DNA from: Gracilinanus agilis
Taxonomy: Eukaryota
DNA: 64,000 nt
Assembly: GCF_016433145.1 (NCBI RefSeq)
Contig: NC_058130.1
Span: 708,556,629 to 708,620,628 of the forward strand
Direction: 5' to 3'
Below are positions 1-21,595 of the stretch, one piece after another. Both the position numbers and the translations under genes were made by a program. Below the pieces are notes generated by a model. It was not told where the DNA came from. It saw nothing but the letters and a program-made list of their open reading frames with translations, and did not search any database. Within the stretch, counting starts at the first letter, position 1. The number at the start of each line of letters is the position of its first letter.

Positions 1-720
1 GCAGCGGCCACTAAGATGGCGCTGGCGGACGCAGCCAGAGCCGCCGGAGCTAGGGCCTCCGCGGGATCCGGAGCCGGGCGCGGGGCGGCAGCGGCGGCCG
101 GGCCGGGCTCCGGGTCCGAGTGAGCCGTGACTTGTCCTTCCCGCCCCTGTACCCGCCGGGGCATGAGCGCCCAGGTAGAGGGGGCGGGACGGGACAGACG
201 TGGAAAGGGGGAGGTGCGGATGAGAGGGGCCTCCAGCTGGGGCCGCAGGGTGCCGGGTAGCTCTAGGTCCCGGGTCCAGGCTTTCGGCCCAATCCCAGCT
301 TTCCCGCCCACAGCCCCGAGGCAGCTGGGCAGACCCGGAGGCGGAGCCGGAGCCGGAGCCGGTGCCTGACCGAAGCCCATGAATTCCGTATCGCCCGCCG
401 CCGTGCAGTACCGGAGTGGGAGCCAGGACGACGTGCGCCGCCCCGAGGCCAGGAAGCAGCCGCCCGGCCTGGGGGCCCGGGGTCACGGGGCTGGAGGAGG
501 AGGAGGAGGAGGAGGAGGAGGAGGAAGCAGCAGCGGCCACAATGGCCTAGTGGCAGGAGCTGGAGCACCCACAGCGGCCACCCTGGGTCCTGCTGCCCCC
601 AGCGAGCCCGACGAGGTGGACAAGCTCAAAAGCAAATTCCTCTCTGCCTGGAACAATGTCAGATATGGTGAGCCGAGGGAGAGGAGGCTGTGCCGCCGGG
701 GAAGTGAGGCTGGCCCAGAA
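1..720. promoter_or_regulatory. CpG island / ATG4D promoter and 5' leader, with YY1-type AAGATGGCG motif at 13-21
   Basis: Very high GC and CpG density immediately upstream of and across ATG4D exon 1. Confidence 0.8.
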
Positions 721-3700
721 GGCTGAGCCCAATAGCAGAGGTGGCACCAGAAGGAGTGCTGGGATATCCCAATGGAAGATGGAGGAGCGGGGCATGCACA
801 GTGAAGGGGCTCAGGCCTGGAGGGAGAGGGAAGGGACCCAGAGACCAGAGTGGAGTTAGAGGGGGGAGGAGAGGGAAGGCAGTAAAGGGAATGGAGCCAC
901 TGGGAGGAAAGGAGTAAGGAAGGGGAATGAATGGGGAGAAAAAGTACTTGGGTGCCTGCCCTCCTTAAGGCAGTCCTGCTAGAGGAGGAGATGCTAAATG
1001 CCGAAAGCCCAGCCTGCCCAGAGAGGATGGCCCACAGGCTGGCCATCCCTCTGGCTCTGCTTCCCATGTGTCCCATCCAACCCAACTCTCCTTCCTCCAG
1101 GCTGGACGGTCCGAACCAAGACCAGCTTTAGCAAGTTGTCCACTGTGCACCTGTGTGGCCGTCGCTATCGATTTGAGGGGGAAGGTGAGCATGGTAGGGG
1201 CTCCAGGGATGAGCAAGCCAGGCCTGAGCTCTTTGGCAAGGGGCTAAGTGGATCCTCTCCTACAGGGGACATCCAGCGGTTCCAGAAGGACTTTGCATCC
1301 CGTCTGTGGCTCACATACAGGCGGGACTTCCCTCCCCTGGACGGTGGCAGCTTGACTTCCGACTGTGGCTGGGGCTGTATGCTTCGTAGTGGACAGATGC
1401 TGCTGGCCCAGGGCCTGCTTCTGCACTTCTTCTCCAGAGGTGAGGCCTGTAAAGGGAGCTTAGGGGGAGGAGGTGGTAGGGTGGGGACAAGGGCTCTACT
1501 CTGACTGACCCTCTGCTGTCCCACAGACTGGACTTGGGCAGAAGCCATTCTGCCCCCAGCCCCGAGGGAGTCAGAGCTCTTCAGAAGCATGTCTCCTTCC
1601 CGGGCTGGGGCCAGCTGGCAGCGGGTTCCCTCGACAGCCCCCGGCCTGGGGAGAGCCACTTGGAGCACCAGCGGGGCCTTGAGCCCCAGGCAGCTCGAGC
1701 AGGAGGAGCAGCACCGGCGAATTGTTTCCTGGTTTGCTGATCAGCCTGGAGCTCCCTTTGGCCTGCATCGGCTGGTGGAGCTGGGCCGAAGTTCAGGCAA
1801 GAGGGCAGGGGACTGGTATGGTCCTTCCGTTGTGGCTCACATCCTCAGGTAAAGGGATTACTTGGCTGGGAGGGACGGGAGGGAGCAAGGAATGGCTGCA
1901 GGATCTCAGGGCTCCTCTCTTGTCTTCAGGAAAGCCGTGGAGAGCAGCTCTGAGGTGGCCCAGCTGGAGGTTTATGTTTCTCAGGATTGCACAGGTGAGG
2001 AGCCATGCCCTTCTGGCGGAGGCGTTCAGTAGCCCAGACAGCCTATTTCCTCACTGCTCACAACCTCTTGTGATCCCAGGCCCTGTCTTGGGGTGTAGAG
2101 AATGCTGCAGTGAAAATCAGAGCAGAGTCTCTAGGGGACCTTAATCACCTCTCTGAACTCAGTTTCCCTATCTTCAAAATAGAGATGATTTAAATATGCT
2201 CTTTTGGGGTAATGGGGTGGTGCAGTGGATAGAGCTGGGCTTCGTAGCTGTGTGACCCTGGGAAAGTCATTTAACCCTGTTTGCCTCAGTTTGCTCCTCT
2301 ATAAGATGAGCCAGAGAAGGAAATAGCCAACTACTCCAGTATCTTTGTCAAAATGGGATTGCAAAAGAGTCAGACGGGACTGAAGTGACTCAACAACACA
2401 ATTCATTTCATCAACCATCTGTTCAGCACCTACCCTGTGCAAGACACCGAGGATCCAAAGATTTTTACACAACCCCTGCCCTCCCAGAGCTTACACTTTA
2501 ACTGGGGGTGGAAGATATGTACCCATTTACTATGACACAAGAACGTGAAAAGAAAGGGACAGATGGGAGACCTGTCTGGCCAGGGCATAGAAAGAGTGAC
2601 AGCAGTCGTGAGAAATAAGGCTAGTGAAGCTAGACTATAGATGGCCATGTGGAGGCAGGCTGAGGGAGACTGTGTTCTGTCCAGATAGGGGGTGGGAAAC
2701 TACTGGTGAGCAAGGGGGCCATCGAGGAGGCTGTGTAGGGGAGGAGGGCTAGGCTGGTGGCAATGGGACTGTGGAGGCAAGGCCAGGTGGGAGAGGGATT
2801 GGGCACAGTTAAACAGGTAGAACCTAACAATCTAACAGTGAGCTTCCATTTTCCATGAGGGGAGATACAGGGAAATTATTATCAGAGGGTGAATTTTGGA
2901 GGGAAGGTGAAAATGCAATCTTTTTTTTAAAATGTGTATATAAAATTGTATCTTGCTTATTTCTATTTATCAGTTTTGCTAGTGCTTTCCAGGGTTGTGG
3001 TGAAGGTGGGCAGGAAAATTCTTCCAAGAATCAAAGGTTCCTGGTCCCTTAAGTGTGATCCATTACCAGGAACCAGGAAGGAAGAAGCAATCCAGAGGTT
3101 CCAAAGGCAGGGTGATAAAACCATGTCCTTTCTTTTCTGAAGAGGCCCTGACTCACAGCCTGTTTACTCTCACTTTGTGCACAGTTCAAACAAGTTTAGT
3201 TATCTGGTTCTCCAGCTTCTCAAAGATTAGACAGGGCAGAGGACCAGGAGAAGTGGCAGTGGGCAGGCAGCCTGATAAGGAGGGAGGAGACAGAAAAAAA
3301 TGTCAGGGGAAGTAGAACTCCCAAGTCCTGGTGGTAGAAAGCCATTCTGTGATGAGGCCAACATGATGACCAGTTCATTAGAGAGATCTGGGAGAAATCT
3401 ATGTTGTGTAAGGTGTCCTTCAGTCACATCTAGGTTTTCTTGGCCAGTATACTGGAGTGGTTTGCCGTTTCCTTCTCCAGCTCAATTTATAAATGAGGAA
3501 ACAGGCTAAACGGTTCAACAACTTGCACAGTGAGTACATGTCTGAGGCTGGATTTGAACTCAGATTTCCCTGACTCTGGGCCTGATCCACCGAGTGACCT
3601 AGCCACTGTGTATAGTAGGCACTTAATAAAGCCTTGATTTAGAACTGGATGGGGTCTTGGACATTACTCAGGCCCACCCCTTCATTTTTATAGAGAAAGG

Positions 3701-5780
3701 AAACAGATCTAGATTCATGTAGGTAAGAAGGACTAGACCTGAAATTTGGACTGACTCCCAGGCCCGTTGTGTTCTGATGGCCTTTGTGTCTTCTTAGTCT
3801 ACAAGGCAGATGTGGCCCAGCTCGTGGCCCAGCCAGACCCCAGCACTGAATGGAATTCGGTCATCATCCTGGTGCCAGTGAGGCTGGGCGGGGAAACCCT
3901 CAACCCTGTGTACGTACCCTGTGTCAAGGTAGGAGTCCTCGTGAACCCTGCAGGTTGTTTGGGGGAGGGGGCCGTGGGGCGTCAGGCCTACCTTCCCACT
4001 TGAGACCCGATGCCCCATTCTTGTCAGCATGAGGCTGCAAGGGGCAATGGAGACAGGATTAAGAGTTAGAGCAAGTGGGCCGCTTGGTGGCTCTGTGGAT
4101 AGAGATGGGAGGTCCTGGGTTCAAATGTGGCCTTAGACACTTCCTAGCTGTGTGATACTGGGCAAGTTGCCTACCCCACCCCACCATGACTGGTGATGGC
4201 AAACCTATGACACGTGTCAGCACTGACATTCGTAGTAGCCATTTTTCAATGACACATGGCCGCATACAGAGAAATATAGGGCCACATATTGAGGATGAAA
4301 ACATTTGCTCTATTGTAGTGTAGACACTCTGTGCACTAGAGATGACAATTCTACCTATATTAATTTACCTATTTTGGTTTATTAAATAGTTATATATTAC
4401 AATTATACATTTTTGTTATATTAACTATAAATATCGTGAAATTATGGAGTTTTTTCTCAAAGTGACACATCACCTGAGTTATGCTCAGTTTCTTGGCAAA
4501 TTTTGACACACCGAGCTCAAAAAGTTGCCCCTCACTGGGCTAGGCCCTGCCGCTCTTCTGCCTTGGAACCGATGCCTAGTATGGGTTCTAAGATGAAAGG
4601 GAAGGGTTTGTTTTTTTAAAAGTATCAGGGTTTCATTCAGCTCCATGCTTTGCTACCAGGGTGACTTCTGGTTTCCAACCCTTTTTCCTGCCCCATACTA
4701 GGAGGGGACTACATCAGATGATCCCTTAACAGTCCCTTCCAGACCTCAATCTTATGACTACGTGAAGTCAGCCACACGACCATAGCAGCATAGACTCAAC
4801 TAGAAAGGGCTTAGAGGCCATCCAGTCTGGCCTTTTACAGATGAGGAAACCAAGAAATGAAAATTACTTGCTCAAGGTCACAAAGTTATAAGTGGTAAAG
4901 TCAGGATTTGAACCCACACCATTTACTCTTTCCACACAGTGTGTTCTCAAAAGCAATCCCATGGGTAGAAGAGATCAGTCCTGCCTGGGAGCAGGGACTC
5001 TTAAGGCTTCCCTGAGCAAGAGGAAATGGGGGGGGGTCTGCCTGAAGCCCGAGGGTCAGAGCCCTTTTCCCTCCCCTCTCCAGGAGCTCCTGCGGCTGGA
5101 CCTGTGCATTGGGATCATTGGTGGGAAGCCCAGGCACTCGCTCTACTTCATCGGCTATCAGGGTAAGCTTCATCTTTCCTCCTCCTCCTCCTCGGGCTCT
5201 TCCAGAGCCCAAAGCCTCACAGCCCGCTGCTCTTTCCTAGATGACTTTCTGCTCTACCTCGACCCACACTACTGCCAGCCCTGCGTGGATACCTCCCAAG
5301 AGCGCTTCCCCCTGGAGGTCAGTGTGGTGGTGGGCTGGGAGGAGGGGAGGGCACAGGAAGCCTAGGGGCTCCCCATAAATGTCATTTGGTCTCCAGTCCT
5401 TCCACTGCACATCCCCCCGGAAGATGGCCTTCAGCAGGATGGACCCCAGCTGTACCATTGGCTTTTATGCTGGCAACAGGAAGGAGTTTGAGATGCTGTG
5501 CCTAGAGCTGACCCGGGTGAGATGGCCGGGCTGGGGGTCGCAGTGGCTGGGCAGTCGAGGCTCTCTGATCCTCATCGTTTTTTCCCACTCTTCCCAGGTC
5601 CTCAATTCTTCCTCTGCCACCGAGAGGTATCCCATGTTTACCCTGTCCGAGGGCCATGCCCAGGAGTACGGCCTGGAGGAAATCGGCTCCCAGCTCACAC
5701 AACAAACACTCCGACTCCCGCAAGCAGGGAAGCTTAGCAAGGCCAAGAGGCCCAGCTCAGAGGACTTTGTGTTTTTATAG
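379..5780 (+). CDS. ATG4D: Cysteine protease ATG4D (autophagin-4), 10 coding exons, 507 aa
   Basis: Exons 379-667, 1101-1184, 1266-1439, 1527-1848, 1930-1994, 3798-3928, 5084-5162, 5241-5317, 5397-5516, 5598-5780 total 1524 nt. All introns are GT-AG and the frame is continuous. Motifs: MNSVSPAA start, DEVD caspase site (610-621), catalytic [20 protein letters not shown] Asp/His, C-terminal LIR EDFVFL. Confidence 0.97.
493..525 (+). repeat. Coding (GGA)11 trinucleotide repeat encoding poly-Gly in the ATG4D N-terminus
   Basis: Eleven perfect GGA units in frame, followed by AGC AGC AGC. Confidence 0.95.
4070..4620 (+). mobile_element. Marsupial SINE1-type SINE split by a hAT MITE
   Basis: Head gggaggtcctgggttcaaat...cttcctagctgtgtga before 4190 and tail gctcttctgccttggaacc...aagggttt after 4537. 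Confidence 0.75.
4191..4537 (+). mobile_element. Non-autonomous hAT MITE, hAT1/nhAT1-like, copy A
   Basis: Termini (tg)GTGATGGCAAACCTATGACACG ... GACACACCGAGCTCAAAAAGTTGCCCCTCACTG. AT-rich core shared with the inverted copy at 52442-52705. Confidence 0.82.
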
Positions 5781-5806
5781 TGGGGAGGAGGGGGTGCAGA
5801 ATCTGT

Positions 5807-5853
5807 AATATATATATATGTATATATATATATTAATATATATTTTTATTTAT
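5807..5853. repeat. Imperfect (TA)n tract in the ATG4D 3' UTR
   Basis: taatatatatatgtatatatatatattaatatatattttt just after the stop codon. Confidence 0.8.
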
Positions 5854-6114
5854 ACATGTGATGGGGCTACCCCTTATCCCTGCGGGTGGAGGGGTGGTGA
5901 TATCTCAGGCTCACTGGGGGTTTGGGGCCAAGTTCCAATCCCTCCAAACCCTTCACTCCTAGCCCTCAGTGTGTGTGGGTTAGGGGAGAAGGCTGTGATT
6001 CTGCTGTAGTGACATTTCCACTGGAAATCAGCCGGGTCCAGAGAGACCTCGTCTCCAGGGCTGGTTGGAGCTGCGCTCTCCTTCCCTTTGGCTGGGTTGT
6101 AGCCCAAGGGTGAA

Positions 6115-6120
6115 ATTAAA
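6115..6120 (+). terminator. Candidate ATG4D poly(A) signal ATTAAA
   Basis: First AWTAAA hexamer seen on + after the ATG4D stop, about 335 nt downstream. Confidence 0.55.
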
Positions 6121-6596
6121 GTTCTAATTGGTTACATGTCTGATTGCATGGAGTTGCTTCCTAGGGCAGGCCGTCCAGGGCCAAGCAGAGCAAGCTGGAT
6201 CCCTTAGCCCAGGATGGCCGTGCCAGCGGCTCACTGAACAGTTATTGATGCCCTACCACATCATCTCTTCTCCAGACAAGGCATGTGCTCAATTACCTTC
6301 GTGGGCCCAAGCTTGTGGGGGCCCTAGCTGGGCATCGCTGTTTCACTGGGGAAACATTGTACCTAGGACTGCCCCCTTCCCACCCCTAGAAAACTGAGGG
6401 CCCAGTGGACAGTCTCAAAGAGCCTTGAGAATGGAGACCTTCAAGAGCCAGAAGGAAGCTTGGAGGCCATCTGTCTGGTTCGTTTGGCCTCATTTTAAGA
6501 GAAATGGGCCCAGGCAGAGGAAGGTTACTGTGGAAACAAGGCCCCAGCCCTGTAGCAGGAGTCCTTCACTTGTGCACATTCATGTATAAATCTACT

Positions 6597-6602
6597 TTTA
6601 TT
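6597..6602 (-). terminator. Candidate KRI1 poly(A) signal AATAAA
   Basis: tttatt on + lies 74 nt past the KRI1 stop. Confidence 0.6.
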
Positions 6603-6675
6603 TTATACACTAGCTTTCCCCTCCCCTCAAAGGCAGCCATAGGGAAGGAAGAACTGGAATGGCTGCTGCTCAAGC

Positions 6676-17560
<10,885 letters not shown>

Positions 17561-18074
17561 AGGGCTCCCTTCCCTCCCCCCACCCGCCTGTGGTCTCACG
17601 CCACCTCCTACCCATCCCTGGGGCCTGGGAGACCCGAACCACTCCCTCTCTTGCTCGGGTAGCTACTTTAAGATGAAATGCTTACTTCTCCTGGCTGATC
17701 GAAAGGTCCGGGATACTGGGACCAAGGTGCAGGGGAAGTCCTGGCCCCTCCCCAGCGCCACACAGAGAGCACAGCTGGGGGTTCTTGCTCCATTCGCGGT
17801 TTCCTGCCACCCTTCCGTTCCCGATGCCCAAACCACTGCCCCACCCAACCCCAGCTGGACCCTGGGAATCACCCTGCCCTCCCTCATCGCCCTCTGGGGC
17901 TAGCCTCCTCTCTTCTCCAGTACAAATATTCATTGAACCCTTTCTCTAGGTGCTGCACTGAAAATAAAAAAGCCGAAGCCCCCACCTCACCCATGTTCTT
18001 ATTCCTTCCTTCGATACTCCCACCCCTGAAAAAAGCTAACAGAAGCTAGTCCGTCAAGGAATGCTCAATATTAA

Positions 18075-18080
18075 TTTAAT
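18075..18080 (-). terminator. Candidate CDKN2D poly(A) signal ATTAAA
   Basis: tttaat on + within an AT-rich block about 800 nt past the CDKN2D stop. Confidence 0.4.
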
Positions 18081-18883
18081 GGTTAAAAACATTAAATTAT
18101 CACACAACATTTTTTCAGAAAGCATAATAAATAGAATCTTTTAAAAACTCTGTACAAGAGGATGGAAAGAGGCCTTCAACGAAAGAAAATGGAACATTCC
18201 CCCTGCCACCACTCTTATTTTGATCCCCTAAAATTCAGTTGTTCCTGGGTTTGTAAAGGAAGTAGTTCCCTTCTCTACTCCCTAAAGTCCCCGAGCAGAC
18301 TTTTGTCAAAAGGTAGCTGCTTCTGAGAACCTAGAAATCCCCTCAGGTGTTTGGGGGGGGGGGGAGAGTGGAGAGTGTGGGAGGAACAGCCACATTGGAC
18401 CAGGGAGGGGATAGGAGAGAGTTTAAGGCATTGCTCTCGATCGCCCAGGGCTCCGAAAGCTGTGCCAGTCTCAAGGGAAGGGATAGGGATGAGAGGGGCA
18501 AAAACTGAACCGTTTATCAGGCCTCCTTCCCTGCTGTACCCAGGAACTGCTAGGACCGAGGGTCCTAGACTGTCGCCGATTGCTCGGTTGGCTATCTGCA
18601 GCCCTTGCCTCCCCGAAGCTTCTCACATCACACCGAAAGAGGAAAATAACCACACAAATAAACACCAACAAACCATAACTTGGGGTGGGGGTGGGGGCGG
18701 GGAGGAGATGGATCTTCGGCACTCGGGTAGGCGTGTAATATGAAGAGAATTGACCATTCTCAACCATCCAGAGACACAGACACCCCCCAACCCTTCCCTA
18801 TTCTCTGTTTCGGGGCTTCCTAGGGCTGGTCCCACCAGTGCCAAGTGGCATCCAGCTGTCCCGGTGGCTGAAGGGCCCCGCAT

Positions 18884-19601
18884 TCACAACGAAGGAGTAG
18901 GGAGGTGCCTCTCCAAGATCCGCCCCAACTGCCCGGCTCCACATTGCCGAGCTAGTTCAAGGGGTGTGAGGCCCCCGGCATCCCGGTGCTGCAGGTCAGA
19001 TTCCCCTGCCAAAAAGCTGACCACCGCTGCGTGACCTTCTCGGACCGCCAGGTGGATAGGCAGCGCCCCGGAGCCGTCCGGCACATTTACGTCTGCGCCG
19101 TGCTCCACCAGGATCCGAAGAGTGTCTAGGAATCCTGTGCGCGCTGCGTCGTGGGCCGGGGAAGTGCCCGACCCATCCTGGACATTGGGGCTGGCTCCCT
19201 GCTTTAGCAGCTCCAGAGCGATGGGCGAGCTCCCAAACATCATGACCTAAGGTATAGCGACAAGAGGAGAGAATGGGTTGAATTCGGGCAAAAGGAAGAG
19301 TAGAGAGGCTCTGCGTATCCAGGCCCGAAAGGGGAATAGGAGGGAGCCCAGGCTGGTGAGATGAGTTCCCCCTTTCCTCCCACTCTTACCCCCAGTCCAG
19401 GCAGCTTTCCCCCCAGCCGCCCCATCCTCCCCCTTGGTCCTCTGTGGGCATAGACCCCACCTGCAGGGCGGTCTTGCCGAAGCGGTTCAGGGAGTCGGGA
19501 TGTACGAATTCCTGATGAAGGAGGCGCCGCACCTCGTTCACATCACCTCGGGCTGCAGCCCCGCTGAGTCGGTCCCCGGCGCTTATCTCTTCTAGCAACA
19601 T
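18884..19601 (-). CDS. CDKN2D: Cyclin-dependent kinase 4 inhibitor D (p19-INK4d), 2 coding exons, 167 aa
   Basis: Exons 19601-19461 ([21 protein letters not shown]...FGKTALQ) and 19246-18884 ([24 protein letters not shown]...). Ankyrin repeats, GT-AG intron. Confidence 0.97.
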
Positions 19602-20460
19602 CTCCGACCTACAGGCCTGGCAGCCTGGATACGACGGGAGAAGGAGCAAGCGCGGAACGGGGTCAGGCCGGGGGGACGGTGCCACGGCCTTCCCCGGCAG
19701 CCGAGCGGTCCCTCAGCACAGTTGAACTCAACCCAGCCCTGCCCAGCCTCCCCAGCTCGGGAGGTGAGCTGTGGGCCCTTGGCTCTTGGAGAGGTCGAGA
19801 AGCAGAGCAGGAGTAGCCAGAAGGCCGTCCCCTCGAGCCTGCCCGACCCAGGCTCAGCAGCACCGGCGTCTCGTCTCTCCTAAAGCCGGCGGCCTGCAAC
19901 CAAACCGGGACCCCTCCCCAGCGGGCTCCTCCCACCTGTCAGCTAGGATCTGGAGAGGGGGCTGGGAGGGCAGAGTGAAGGCCCAATCCTACTCTTTCTC
20001 CTAAGGCTCCTCCGCCTCCGCAGCCCTGCCCGGCCCCCGCCCCTTGGGGGCCGGGCTCCCCTGGGGTCTCCCCCCGAACTCACCCTCCCTCCTCCTTCCG
20101 AGCGGGCGGGGTTCACTCTGAGCTCCGGCTGCAGAGGCCGCAGGAGCAAGTACGTGAGGGGGAGGAGCGTCGCCCCCACGTGGGCCGCTCGGAACCCGGA
20201 GTATTTGTTTTCTTATGAACTGACATTTAGTATCGGTCCCCTTTGCCCGGCTCCCGACCCTGCGAGGCCCCGCCTTATTCTCCGGTCGGGCCAATAATGA
20301 CGCGTCTCTGGGGCGCCTACGCAAGCAGAGGCCCGCAGCGTCGTTTCTGATTGGCCAGCAGGCGGCGACCGGCAGGGCACCCGTAATGGCGGGGTTTTCA
20401 GTTTCAAATGTCTGTGGCAGGCGGGAAAGAGGCGCCCGGAATAACTGACCGAGGGAGCAG
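18990..20460. promoter_or_regulatory. CpG island over CDKN2D. Promoter has two CCAAT boxes (20291-20295, 20350-20354), a GC box and a TGACGCG element. Probable non-coding first exon with a donor at 20083
   Basis: CpG density. ccaat and attgg about 60 bp apart. actcac on + (20078-20083) equals a minus-strand GTGAGT donor. Confidence 0.65.
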
Positions 20461-21595
20461 GACCTGGGTCGGGGTCAGAGCCGATCCGCTTCCCGCCCTA
20501 AGAATGGTTCAATGCCCGGGATCCAGACTTCAAGGAGCATCACCCCTCATTCTAACACATGTAACCAGGATCGTACCCCTTCCCCACCGTCCACTATCCT
20601 CGAATTCAGGACCTTTTCCCAATTCTGCTGCTCCTTGTAGAAAGATGGCGATGCAGGACTCTTCCTCCTGCCCCAACAATATCCACGCTAAAGAGCCGGC
20701 CATTCACCCTCACATACAATGCCACCAGAACGTGGAACCCCTCCCTCTAAGATCCTTACATAGGCCCTCTACTCAGGACCATCCCCACCTCAATAGACCC
20801 AAGTTCTATCAGGGATTATGGCATCCTTGTTTCCTCTTCTCAGATCGCCCCCAGGACTCTGCAACCGTCTTTCCCTCCCTCCCCTCTCTCCAAATATGAA
20901 GCAAAATCAGACGGCTCACAGCAGTAGGTTAGTCAGGTCTCAGCTTTCTTTAATCTTAAATCCTAAAGCTAGAAGAAAGGGAAATAGAAGCTCAGGCAAG
21001 GCATGGCTGAACCCACTCTCAGAATACAGAAGGGTAGAAGATGCAAAGGGACCAAGGCAAAGCTGGCTTTTCTGACAAGGCACTGAGGCAGTGGGAAGAG
21101 AGGGTGGGGGCAAATCAATTCCCCCACCTTTACTTCATATAAAAACAGGAAGGAAAAACCTCTAGTGAGATCCTTGACCTCTCTCCCTTCCCACCTGAGA
21201 TAGAGTCAGGAGAAAATCCCACCTGAGATAGTGAGGAGAAGGGGCTCCAGCTATTTAAGGCTTGGACCCCCAGATCAGGAATGAGGACTATGAAGGGGCT
21301 GAGACTCAAAGACTGTGGCCATGAATGCCCACCCCCCATCCCCCAAATACAGACAAGGCAGACTTTATAAACAGGGACCATGGTGGCCCCTCAAACATGG
21401 AAGGGCAAAAACTGCCCCCTAAACACAAAAACAGGGTTGCCTCTATTCACAGACACAAATGAGATGCTTCTCAAACATATATAAGAACAAGGGCTATTCA
21501 TTCTCACAAACACATACACACTTTAAAAAATCTTTGGGTGGGAGTGTCCACAGGGTAAGGTGCTGGCCTCCACTGCTCCAACATCTACTTCTTTT

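Noticed and set aside
483-1085. 200-aa minus-strand ORF, plus the overlapping 263-568 and 127-369 ORFs
   Set aside because: Antisense or shifted readings of the GC-rich ATG4D exon 1 and GGA repeat (poly-L/poly-P). No recognisable domain.
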